35,285 nt of DNA from an uncultured Bacteroidales bacterium (GTDB lineage Bacteria > Bacteroidota > Bacteroidia > Bacteroidales > Muribaculaceae), in assembly GCA_900554845.1 (NCBI GenBank), contig USIY01000001.1, forward strand, positions 1 through 35,285, in the 5' to 3' direction. The notes below the pieces were generated by a model, which made no database searches, was not told the DNA's origin, and saw nothing but the letters and a program-made list of their open reading frames with translations. Shown in pieces: positions 8,863 to 17,609 of this stretch (its first letter is position 1; each line of letters opens with the position of its first letter). A program made the position numbers and the translations under genes.

Positions 8863-10693
8863 GTTTTGTTTCTCTAAAAGCATCCTCCAATTCATTTATA
8901 GCAGCGATAGCTTCTTTATAATCTCTTTCCATGCTTTGATCGCCTCCGGCGGATGAATATTTGGCAAACTCCGCTTCATCCACAAGATTGATCAAACGAT
9001 CCGTAACCGACGAAGGAATACTGTTGTTCTCAAGATTTTGACGAATATTGTCCCTCAGCAATTCCGATGTCGGCATTTTAAGCTTGTCGCCCAAATAACC
9101 CCATAAAGCTGTCAGCAACTCATCATAAAAGAGATCCCGGTTCTTCTTTTTCATGGCTGAAGCCGCTTTACGTAACCTGCGTCGGGCTATCTTGTCCGCG
9201 CGACGCATGTTAAGGGCTGCCATATCCTTATGTATGGAATTGTATCGCCACCACCCGACAACACTGCCTGTCAACAATATAACGGGAATCACATACCATA
9301 ACCAAAAGTACCACTTATACACCATCGGTGCATGCTTGCGATGCAATCTGTCAACATTTACTTTCTGTAACTCCGAATTGAATCTCAAACGTTTGCGGAC
9401 TTGAGACTTTGCGGAACCCTGACCTTTGCCAACAGAAATTGTATACCCTTTAGCCGTTGATGTTTCATATTGTCCTGACTCTGGATTGAAGTAAACAAGG
9501 CGAACTTCAGGAATCTTATACACACCTTCCTCAACAGGCATAAATGAGTAATCGAACACTATGTTGCCGGAGGTATTTGTCGATCCCACCGACACATTTT
9601 GCGTAGTTGTAGGTGTGTATATTTCCAGCTGCGGAGGATATAAGGTAGCCAGATCAGGCATTTGCACATATTTCAGATTGCCGGTACCGCTTACAGTATA
9701 TACAACCGACGACGTCTGGTTTGTTTTAAACTCTGAATCCTTCAGTTGAGAGGAAATAGAGAACCTCCCTACCCCTCCGCAGAAATCCGCCGGTCTCGGC
9801 TGAGGAAGAGGCTTTACATTAATGATCAGATCGTTCGGTGTAACATTCAGCTGCAAAGGTTGGCTGTAAGCCATTCCCCCGAAGAAAGGATCATGGTAAT
9901 ATTCACGACGGTCCACAGAAATTGTATATGTATTCCCGGAGACTTTCAGATTGCCCGTCATCTGGGGGAATATTATATAACGTGCTATGACGGCAGTGGC
10001 ATATGTCTTGCCGTTATACGTCTCATAGCTCAATTGCTGTGATATATCTTTGGATTCCTCTATTACAAATCCATTGAATTTAGGAGCGGCCGTAGCACCG
10101 ATAAACTTGACGGCATCATAATTGGTATAAAGTTTGACGGTGTACACCAGCGCTTCCTGCTCATAAGCGGATGTCTTTGTCACATTAGCGCGCAAGAAAA
10201 GATTTTGATCTCCATGCCCGATATATTGTGGTTTGTCGCCATCATTCGCGTCCACTGCATTCCCGGCGATATTTCCCCTGGAAGGATTTGTCTGCTGTGA
10301 AGGCATCGGTTTTCCGATATTGTATTTCACAACGTTACTTTTCACGCCTCCAACCGATATCGGGCCAAAACTATAGCTTCCTTCATTTTTAGCACGAAGA
10401 GTCATTGTCCATGTATATGACTTCTGCGTTGTGACATGACCATTAATACTGGTAGTACTCATCGATGTGCCCGTACGGTCAAAATAATTGATCGTAGCTC
10501 CCGGAACTGATTGAGGTTTTGAAGGGCTTCCATCAAGATTTATAACCTCAATTGTAATATAAAACAAGTCGCCTGTCTCTATTGTGCGCTTTCCGTGCCC
10601 GGGAGAGACAGATAGCCGTACTTCACCGGCAATTGCCAGTAAAGTCCCGAACAACAGCAACATTACCGATAAATATCTTCTCATTTTACGCAT
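8852..10693 (-). CDS. batD: BatD (oxygen tolerance protein, repeated beta-sandwich domains + TM)
   Basis: Signal peptide, three BatD-type domains, GGVGRF and GTGNLK motifs, TM segment (WYFWLWYVIPVILL), cytoplasmic tail. Start at ATG 10693 or 10684. Confidence 0.88.
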   Translation of the reverse strand: MRKMRRYLSVMLLLFGTLLAIAGEVRLSVSPGHGKRTIETGDLFYITIEVINLDGSPSKPQSVPGATINYFDRTGTSMSTTSINGHVTTQKSYTWTMTLRAKNEGSYSFGPISVGGVKSNVVKYNIGKPMPSQQTNPSRGNIAGNAVDANDGDKPQYIGHGDQNLFLRANVTKTSAYEQEALVYTVKLYTNYDAVKFIGATAAPKFNGFVIEESKDISQQLSYETYNGKTYATAVIARYIIFPQMTGNLKVSGNTYTISVDRREYYHDPFFGGMAYSQPLQLNVTPNDLIINVKPLPQPRPADFCGGVGRFSISSQLKDSEFKTNQTSSVVYTVSGTGNLKYVQMPDLATLYPPQLEIYTPTTTQNVSVGSTNTSGNIVFDYSFMPVEEGVYKIPEVRLVYFNPESGQYETSTAKGYTISVGKGQGSAKSQVRKRLRFNSELQKVNVDRLHRKHAPMVYKWYFWLWYVIPVILLTGSVVGWWRYNSIHKDMAALNMRRADKIARRRLRKAASAMKKKNRDLFYDELLTALWGYLGDKLKMPTSELLRDNIRQNLENNSIPSSVTDRLINLVDEAEFAKYSSAGGDQSMERDYKEAIAAINELEDAFRETKHGK

Positions 10694-10700
10694 ATGTATG

Positions 10701-11615
10701 TCAGATATCAATCTCAGGTGCTTTATCCGCTATGGACTGTACTTTTACCTTTACCGGTTTTGATTTCACAATCTCATATTTACCGGTTTCAGGATTGAAT
10801 ATTTCAATCCATATAGGATCAATCACCGCATTATCTTTTGAAGTTGGAATAAAAGTGCATTCCATCTGTAATTCCGATATGAGTACTCCGTCTTTCAGAT
10901 ACTGTATTCTGTTTTCTGAAAATGACTTCAGTTTGGTTCCGTTCCTGAATGCATCATGGTATTCAGGTAAAGTGCCATTATTAAGCCAACCTTTTCCTAC
11001 TACAGTAACTATGGCCGTTGCCTCTTCGTTAAGGAAAATATCGCCCGGAGGAACATTCACCTTCACATCGAAGTCGCCTACCGCACCTGAAAAATCAGAA
11101 TTTCCATCCGTCTGTGGCAAGTCCTTAACTTCTATCTGCACAGGACTTACCGGCACTTCGATACGTTCTGTGCGCATAGTCTGCATTTTCCCCCAAAAAG
11201 GATCGTCATATATTTGAGGCACTGCCACATCAACTATATAACGCCCTCCATTTAAATCATATTTGCCCGCTTTATCAATAGCAATCGCATAGCTGTCTAT
11301 AGGATAGACATACCATATTTTACCATCCTTCTCAACAATACGCGGTTCAGTAATTATATCAGCCCGTTGCAGGAAACTAAACTTTCCCTTTGACAGTGAT
11401 GAACTTTTACTTTTTCGGACATCCCGGATTTCATATCCCGGAGTCCATAAATATAAAGTCAGCACAGCCGGTTCTCTATGATAAAGATTCAGTTTATCTT
11501 CATTCCAGCTTAACTTGAACTGACTCTTGTCTATACCTACCGACTTCTGGGCGTAATTGACGCCCGCATACAATAATATGACGGCAAACAACAATATGGA
11601 TCTAAATTTACGCAT
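10701..11615 (-). CDS. Short BatD-family paralogue (secreted, no TM anchor)
   Basis: Signal peptide MRKFRSILLFAVILLYAGVNYA; shares YDDPFWG, DFSGAVGDF and FNPETGKYE with BatD YHDPFFG, DFCGGVGRF and FNPESGQYE. Start moved to ATG 11615. Confidence 0.78.
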   Translation of the reverse strand: MRKFRSILLFAVILLYAGVNYAQKSVGIDKSQFKLSWNEDKLNLYHREPAVLTLYLWTPGYEIRDVRKSKSSSLSKGKFSFLQRADIITEPRIVEKDGKIWYVYPIDSYAIAIDKAGKYDLNGGRYIVDVAVPQIYDDPFWGKMQTMRTERIEVPVSPVQIEVKDLPQTDGNSDFSGAVGDFDVKVNVPPGDIFLNEEATAIVTVVGKGWLNNGTLPEYHDAFRNGTKLKSFSENRIQYLKDGVLISELQMECTFIPTSKDNAVIDPIWIEIFNPETGKYEIVKSKPVKVKVQSIADKAPEIDI

Positions 11616-11629
11616 CAGTGGATTTTTTA

Positions 11630-12391
11630 TTACCAACGTTTTGTTGAGCGGCCAGAACCGACTGACTTATCACCCTTGTTGGCTTTGTTGACTCTGGCTC
11701 GCGTCTGATTCTCCTTATTGTCCATTGCTTGAAGAATACGTTCCGCCGTCTGCTCGTTCAGTTTCTGGTCTTGAGGACTCTGCTGATTTTTCCGCTGATC
11801 CTCTTGATTTCGATTCTGCTTATTATCTTGCTGGTCCTTGTTATCTTTCTGATCCTGTTTCTTATCTTGATTCTGCTGGTTCTGCTGATTCTTGTCTTGA
11901 TTCTGCTGCTGAAGTTTTTTCTGAGCTATCCTCAGATTCTTTCGAGCATTCTCGTCGTTAGGATCAATTCTCAACGACTGTTTGTAGTACTGAATGGCCT
12001 TTTCATACTGCTCAGCATTGAATTCAAGATTACCGAGATTATAGTTGGCTTTCGCTGCGATTCCGGGTTTGTCCTTAGAACGCGACGCCACATCCGATAA
12101 GTTTTTACGCGCTTTATCCAGCATCTGAACATTCGCCGGAGTAGTGTCCTTTGGATTCTTTACCTGACGCAATTGCGACAAACCGAGGTTATAGCGTGCC
12201 GATGTTGATTGAGGATTCTCCTTCAAGGCCTCTTCATATACACTGGCGGCCTCGATGTATTTCCTGTCGGTATAAAGTTTATTGCCTTTGGAGACAAGTT
12301 TCCTTTCCGCACGTGTCGACGCCTGAACAGTCTCTACACCGACTCCCATAGTCAACATCAACACAAATATATATATTATCCTTCTTCCCAT
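11630..12391 (-). CDS. batC: BatC: TPR protein with Q/N/D/K-rich linker
   Basis: Signal peptide, TPRs (GNKLY, ARYNLG, ANYNLGN...YKQSLRIDPND), Q-rich linker, AERILQAM motif and terminal Trp. Start uncertain (12391, 12400 or 12421). Confidence 0.88.
   Translation of the reverse strand: MGRRIIYIFVLMLTMGVGVETVQASTRAERKLVSKGNKLYTDRKYIEAASVYEEALKENPQSTSARYNLGLSQLRQVKNPKDTTPANVQMLDKARKNLSDVASRSKDKPGIAAKANYNLGNLEFNAEQYEKAIQYYKQSLRIDPNDENARKNLRIAQKKLQQQNQDKNQQNQQNQDKKQDQKDNKDQQDNKQNRNQEDQRKNQQSPQDQKLNEQTAERILQAMDNKENQTRARVNKANKGDKSVGSGRSTKRW
11865..11908. repeat. 14-bp direct repeat at 30-nt spacing inside the batC low-complexity linker
   Basis: TCTTGATTCTGCTG at 11865-11878 and 11895-11908, encoding repeated QQNQD units on the minus strand. 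Confidence 0.7.
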
Positions 12392-12512
12392 AATATTCAT
12401 ATTAAACAAGCAACCTCTCATATCAACATCCTGTTACCTCTACGTTAAATTCAAAATTCCAAAACGCTTCTCCTAACAAACATCAAAAGAGAGGATGTTT
12501 ACATTGTTTCAA

Positions 12513-13568
12513 TCAGTTATTCTTTACCGATTCCTTCTTGAAGAATGTAATTTTGTCAAGCCAGCTTATCTTGCGCTCCAACAGGAATATATCAGCAACA
12601 GCCGCAGCTAAGGAAAGAAGCGCAAAAATCCAAAACAACTCATCATGTTGGGAATATACACTCGCTTCCAATGATGCCTTTTTAAGTGTATCCAGCTGAC
12701 GATCCAACTCGCTCAAAGCGTCTCGATTAGAAGCATTCACATATATACCTTTGGCATTCTTCGCAATCTCCGCCGCAAGATCTTCATTCAACGCTGTGCG
12801 TACCGGCGAACCAGTTTCGGGATCTATCATCACGCCGCCGTTGCCTTCCGGCACTGTAACGGCTGTTGATGATCCCACACCGACCACATCGACCTGGATA
12901 CCTTTGCGGCCTGCTTCCGATGCGGCTTTCATAACTCCTTCCTTATCCTCTAGTTCCTCTGCATCCGTTATCAATATAAGGGCTTTTCCTATGTTCTTAT
13001 TGTCGGAGAAGGAATTCATGGCCATATCTATGGCAGCGGTTATATTGGTACCCTGATCCTTGATCTGAGCCGGATCTATACTGTTGAGGAACATCTTGGC
13101 CGAAACATAGTCATTGGTAACGGGAATTAAAGTATATGCGCTGTTGGCGTACACAATCAGACCCACTCTGTCATTATCCAGACGATTGATAAGTTTCTCC
13201 AGAGTAAATTTGGCAGTACGCATTCGTGAGGTTCCGTTATCCTCAGAAGAGGCGGAGGCAAGCATTGAATTCGAAGCATCCACTGCAATTATGACCTCAA
13301 TTCCTTCTTTGGTGGTTTTCTGATTCTTGATTCCCCCCCACGGACGAGCCATAGCTATTATCAGAAGACTTAACGCAGCCATCTGAACACAAATCTTCAA
13401 CGGAGCCTTATAATCTGAGACCTCCGGCATAAGCGGCATCAAAGACGCCAGCTTCCCGAAACGCTTCAGTTTTTTTCTTCGGGAATATCTGGCCAAGATA
13501 TACAATCCTATATACAGCGGCACAAGCAGCAGCAGATACAGGACTTTGGGATATGCAAAACTAAACAT
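12513..13568 (-). CDS. batB: BatB: VWA-domain membrane protein
   Basis: BatA-type N-terminal TMs (MFSFAYP...AMARPWGG), MIDAS DASNS, DRVGLIVY, LITD, C-terminal TM. Confidence 0.9.
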   Translation of the reverse strand: MFSFAYPKVLYLLLLVPLYIGLYILARYSRRKKLKRFGKLASLMPLMPEVSDYKAPLKICVQMAALSLLIIAMARPWGGIKNQKTTKEGIEVIIAVDASNSMLASASSEDNGTSRMRTAKFTLEKLINRLDNDRVGLIVYANSAYTLIPVTNDYVSAKMFLNSIDPAQIKDQGTNITAAIDMAMNSFSDNKNIGKALILITDAEELEDKEGVMKAASEAGRKGIQVDVVGVGSSTAVTVPEGNGGVMIDPETGSPVRTALNEDLAAEIAKNAKGIYVNASNRDALSELDRQLDTLKKASLEASVYSQHDELFWIFALLSLAAAVADIFLLERKISWLDKITFFKKESVKNN

Positions 13569-13581
13569 GATAATTAACCGT

Positions 13582-14556
13582 TTACGGAATTCTACGCAAT
13601 ACAGTATAGCGTAACAATAGGAACAGACTGTATGCGATCAAGCTGAGCCAAAGCCATGGCATGAAAGCTTCCTCAGTCTGAGTATATGTATTCACATTCA
13701 ACTTTGTTTTTTCCAAAGCATCTATCTCGGAGAATACATCCCTCAACATACGGGTGTCTGTGGCACGAAAAAACTTGCCGTTTGTGATCTGCGCAATATT
13801 TTTCAATGTGGCTTCATCGATTTTGGTCTCCATTGTAGTAGTGGAGAATCCATATGGATCCGTTATCTGTATCGATCCGTTTGTACCTACTCCTATTGTA
13901 TAGATTTTAATGCCTTTTTCTTTGGCGATCTGGGCAGCAGTGGAAGGAGCCACATCTCCGGCATTGTTTGTACCGTCTGTCAAGAGAATGATGCTCTTGG
14001 ATTTCGCCTGGCCGGAGACTATACGGTTTATTGCACTGGCAATACCGTCTCCAATTGCAGTTCCATCATTGAGATCTCCTACTTTCACATTTTGTATAGC
14101 GTTCACCAAAGCCGCTTTATCCGATGTCAATGGCATCAAAGAAAGAGATTCGCCGGAGAATACAACAAGTCCGATATTGTCGTTTGTACGTTGTCCCACG
14201 AACTTTGTGGCCACGCTTTTTGCCGCTTCAAAACGAGTGGGTCTTAAATCAGTGGCCAACATCGAACTCGAGATGTCAAGAGCCAATACAATATCTGTTC
14301 CTTCCACATTCGAAGAATGCAGACTGTCATAAGTCTGAGGACGTGCCAAGGCTATAATCAATCCTCCTATGGCCACAAGCTGCAACCCAAAACAAAAATG
14401 CATCAGAAAAACCTTGATCGAAGCTTTGCCGCCTCGAAACGGAGAAAGAGTCGAAATCCCTACTGAAGGATCTCCTCCTCGCCATTTCCATACATACCAT
14501 GCTATTAGCGGTATATATATAAGGAACAACAACAACATTAAGGGATGAAGCATCAT
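13582..14556 (-). CDS. batA: BatA: VWA-domain membrane protein
   Basis: IALARPQ, MIDAS DISSS, GTAIGDG, ILLTDGTNNAG, IYTIGVG, C-terminal TM. Confidence 0.92.
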   Translation of the reverse strand: MMLHPLMLLLFLIYIPLIAWYVWKWRGGDPSVGISTLSPFRGGKASIKVFLMHFCFGLQLVAIGGLIIALARPQTYDSLHSSNVEGTDIVLALDISSSMLATDLRPTRFEAAKSVATKFVGQRTNDNIGLVVFSGESLSLMPLTSDKAALVNAIQNVKVGDLNDGTAIGDGIASAINRIVSGQAKSKSIILLTDGTNNAGDVAPSTAAQIAKEKGIKIYTIGVGTNGSIQITDPYGFSTTTMETKIDEATLKNIAQITNGKFFRATDTRMLRDVFSEIDALEKTKLNVNTYTQTEEAFMPWLWLSLIAYSLFLLLRYTVLRRIP

Positions 14557-15596
14557 TTCGCACCCCCTTTCTTTTTACTGAATTGTGGTTTTGCCGATTT
14601 CTTATCTTTCTTGACCGCAGTAACTGTACCATCTTCCGCTTCCGGTACTGGAGCAGGTTTGGTCTCCTCCACAAATCGCACAGCATCGTCATAACTTGCG
14701 ATATTGTCTTCCGGCAAAGGCCGGACTTTCGCAAATTTCACGAAGTCTGCCATATCCAGAATCTTACGAAAATATGATCTCTTATCTTTGGTTTCTGAAT
14801 TTTTTCCTAATGCTCCAAGAATTTGACGAGAGGTCATCTCAGCGGCATTGATGCCGAAACGACGGTATAGATAACGACGTAGAATGTCGGTCAATTCAGT
14901 GTAATATTCCTTCTCCAGACCTTGCTCCCACAGTTTCTGGGTCTTTAGGGCCCGCAGATTTTTAGTGGCCTCTTCATATGGAGTTGGCTCCGGTTTCTTC
15001 GGCAATAACGATCCATTCTTCTTATATCTTCTGATACCGTAGATCACTCCTCCAGTCAGCAGCAACAACAGCAGAATCAACCACCAGAAATTCAGCACCC
15101 AGTCGGGCACCCAGTCGAAAAATGAAGGATCTTCCGGATCGGCTGTTCCGGCATAATCTGCTATAGGGTCCTCGGCATTGGCTGATACCGGAACAACCTT
15201 TAGCGCCACACGGTTTGATCTGGCGGTGTCACGGCCCACCACATATTCGATTGAAGGCAACTCATAAGCGCCGGAATCAAAACTTTGAACAGGAATTGCG
15301 AACATGATGCGTCGTTGAGATCCCATATCTACGGTGTCGATCTTGGCAGGAGCCCTCAATTCCACGCTGTCTCCGCACACTGTGGCATATCCACGTTCGC
15401 GCAACTGATTGAACAACGGGAAATGTCCCTTTGCATCTTTTGGCTCCTCCACCATGAGCTGCAGGACACGCATCTTTCCCATTATCATGGTATTGCTGTC
15501 GAGCACGGCCTTGACCACAGGAGCGGCGCAAAGCTTTGCCATACCGCAAAACAGCATGAACGCGACCAATATTATATGATATATTTTCTTTCCCAT
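14553..15596 (-). CDS. Bat-operon membrane protein (one BatD-like domain + TM + cytoplasmic helical tail)
   Basis: Signal peptide, SFDSGAYELP beta domain, TM (WWLILLLLLLTGGVIYGI), YYTELTDILRRYL...ADFVKFAK tail; lies between DUF58 and batA; ATGA overlap with batA. Confidence 0.8.
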   Translation of the reverse strand: MGKKIYHIILVAFMLFCGMAKLCAAPVVKAVLDSNTMIMGKMRVLQLMVEEPKDAKGHFPLFNQLRERGYATVCGDSVELRAPAKIDTVDMGSQRRIMFAIPVQSFDSGAYELPSIEYVVGRDTARSNRVALKVVPVSANAEDPIADYAGTADPEDPSFFDWVPDWVLNFWWLILLLLLLTGGVIYGIRRYKKNGSLLPKKPEPTPYEEATKNLRALKTQKLWEQGLEKEYYTELTDILRRYLYRRFGINAAEMTSRQILGALGKNSETKDKRSYFRKILDMADFVKFAKVRPLPEDNIASYDDAVRFVEETKPAPVPEAEDGTVTAVKKDKKSAKPQFSKKKGGAK

Positions 15597-15599
15597 AAA

Positions 15600-16478
15600 T
15601 TATCTTGCGATTGAACGACGACGGAATAGCCCCAACAATGCCTTAACGAAGTCCTCGTCGGTCGTTATCGACGCCATATCCACACCGCTCTTGGCCATAA
15701 CGGATGATATCCATTGCTGCCGGTCGTACCATGCTTTAGCATACATCTTGCGTACGCTTTTGCTGCCGGTGTCAATCCATCCGGTACGGCCCGTCTCCAG
15801 ATCTTTCATCTTAACAAGTCCCACATCCGGCATTTCAGAATCTCTACGGTCGTATACTTGAATCGTAGCCAGGTCATGCTTCCTGTTGGCGATCATCAAG
15901 CTTTGCGTGTAATCATGACTGTCGATCATATCGGAAATCAGAAACGCCGTGGTACGTTTCTTAATGGCATTCGTAAGGAAACGCAACGCGACATCTATAT
16001 CAGTGCCGTCATTTTCCGGCACAAAATTAATAATCTCCCGTATAATCAAAAGAATGTGTTTCCGGCCCTTTTTCGGCGGTATGAATTTTTCAACCTTGTC
16101 GCTGAAAAGAATCATACCGACCTTGTCATTATTCTGAATTGACGAGAATGCAAGAGTGGCGGCAATCTCCGCCATTTTTTCCATCTTCTGCTCGCCCACA
16201 GCGCCGAAATTACGGCTGCCGCTGACATCGACCAACAGCATAACCGTCATCTCACGCTCTTCTTCATAAACCTTTACAAATGGTTTGTTATGACGAGCGG
16301 TCACGTTCCAATCGATATCACGCACATCATCGCCGGGAACATATTCACGTACTTCAGAAAAAATCACTCCTCTCCCTTTGAAAGCGCTGTGATATTCTCC
16401 CGCGAATATGTTCTGGCTCAATCCGCGCGTCTTGATTTCGATCTTACGGACTTTTTTCAGCAATTCATTAGCATCCAC
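15600..16478 (-). CDS. DUF58 domain / VWA-like protein of MoxR operons
   Basis: FSEVREYVPGDDVRDIDWNVTAR signature, EEERE, DVSGS. Confidence 0.92.
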   Translation of the reverse strand: MDANELLKKVRKIEIKTRGLSQNIFAGEYHSAFKGRGVIFSEVREYVPGDDVRDIDWNVTARHNKPFVKVYEEEREMTVMLLVDVSGSRNFGAVGEQKMEKMAEIAATLAFSSIQNNDKVGMILFSDKVEKFIPPKKGRKHILLIIREIINFVPENDGTDIDVALRFLTNAIKKRTTAFLISDMIDSHDYTQSLMIANRKHDLATIQVYDRRDSEMPDVGLVKMKDLETGRTGWIDTGSKSVRKMYAKAWYDRQQWISSVMAKSGVDMASITTDEDFVKALLGLFRRRSIAR

Positions 16479-16490
16479 GACAAAGAGAAA

Positions 16491-17486
16491 TTAAGGAACG
16501 GCGACTTTATCAAGGATATCCGTAATGATGTCGTCGGAACTGATATTGCTTGCCTCCGCCTCGTACGTAAGGCCTATGCGATGACGCAACACGTCATGGC
16601 ATACCGCACGAACATCTTCAGGGATGACATAGCCTCGACCCTGAAGGAACGCATATGCACGCGATGCCAAGGCCAACGATATCGAAGCACGGGGAGACGC
16701 TCCGAAACTTATGAGACTCTGCAAATCATTCAGCCCGAATTTGGCAGGGACACGTGTGGCGAAAACTATATCAACAATATAATTCTCTATTTTTTCATCG
16801 ATATATATCTTCTCCACTATTTTCTGGACTTCCAGAATTTCTTTAGGATCAAGTACCGGACGCACAGGTTCCAGAACGCCGCGGATGTTCTGCCGAATGA
16901 TTTGCTTCTCCTCCTCCTTCTTCGGATAGCCTATTACAACCTTCAACAGGAAACGGTCAACCTGGGCCTCCGGAAGCGGATATGTACCTTCCTGCTCAAT
17001 AGGATTCTGGGTAGCCATTACCAGGAAAGGATCCGGCAATCTGAAAGTTTCTTCTCCGATCGTGACCTGACGTTCCTGCATTGCTTCGAGCAAAGCGCTC
17101 TGAACTTTGGCGGGAGCTCGGTTTATTTCATCGGCGAGCACGAAATTTGCAAATATTGGGCCTTTCTTGACTTCAAAAGTTTCTTTTTTAACGCTGTATA
17201 TCTGTGTGCCGAGCACATCCGCCGGCAAAAGGTCAGGGGTGAACTGGACACGGCTGTATTTGGCGTCAACCAGATTAGCCAGGGTCTTTATAGCTAATGT
17301 CTTGGCCAAGCCGGGAACGCCTTCCAGCAGGATATGTCCATTGCATAGCAACGCTATCAACAATGAGTCAACCAGATGCTCCTGGCCGACGATCCTGCGA
17401 TCCATACCCGTGCGGATCATGCTTACAAAACTGCTTTTGGAGGCTATCAGATCATTCAACTCCCTGATGTTCACTGTTTCTTCCAT
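16491..17486 (-). CDS. moxR: MoxR-family AAA+ ATPase
   Basis: Walker A GVPGLAKT, RVQFTPDLLPAD, Walker B LADEINRAPAKVQSALLEAMQE, TQNPIEQEGTYPLPEAQVDRF. Confidence 0.95.
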   Translation of the reverse strand: MEETVNIRELNDLIASKSSFVSMIRTGMDRRIVGQEHLVDSLLIALLCNGHILLEGVPGLAKTLAIKTLANLVDAKYSRVQFTPDLLPADVLGTQIYSVKKETFEVKKGPIFANFVLADEINRAPAKVQSALLEAMQERQVTIGEETFRLPDPFLVMATQNPIEQEGTYPLPEAQVDRFLLKVVIGYPKKEEEKQIIRQNIRGVLEPVRPVLDPKEILEVQKIVEKIYIDEKIENYIVDIVFATRVPAKFGLNDLQSLISFGASPRASISLALASRAYAFLQGRGYVIPEDVRAVCHDVLRHRIGLTYEAEASNISSDDIITDILDKVAVP

Positions 17487-17538
17487 AATTATTTATCTTC
17501 CTTGCGCCAATTACGGCACGTTTCTTGTTTTCTGACTG

Positions 17539-17546
17539 CAAAAATA
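17539..17546 (-). promoter_or_regulatory. Putative -7 element of the moxR-bat operon promoter
   Basis: Minus strand TATTTTTG followed by CAG, 53 nt upstream of the moxR ATG. Confidence 0.65.
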
Positions 17547-17609
17547 ATATTTATTAAGTTAATACGGTTAAAATCGTATGTTAAATTACCTTATTTTGGT
17601 GTTAATACA

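Noticed and set aside
11780..11915. Short repeats as a possible CRISPR or VNTR array
   Set aside because: In-frame low-complexity coding sequence typical of BatC; no repeat-spacer structure and no cas genes.
11729..12100. Leu/Ile-rich, membrane-protein-like ORF
   Set aside because: Reverse complement of the Q/N/K/D-rich batC linker.
16290..17297. 335-aa plus-strand ORF
   Set aside because: Antisense shadow of moxR/DUF58 with no recognisable motifs.
15600..17486. MoxR + VWA genes as a novel defence or chaperone system
   Set aside because: Matches the already described Bacteroidetes moxR-bat operon; only the extra batD-like gene departs from it.
17577..17592. Possible second Cur-like site upstream of moxR (TATGTTAAATTACCTT)
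   Set aside because: Only 10 of 14 positions match and one half-site is poor; plausible by chance in AT-rich DNA.
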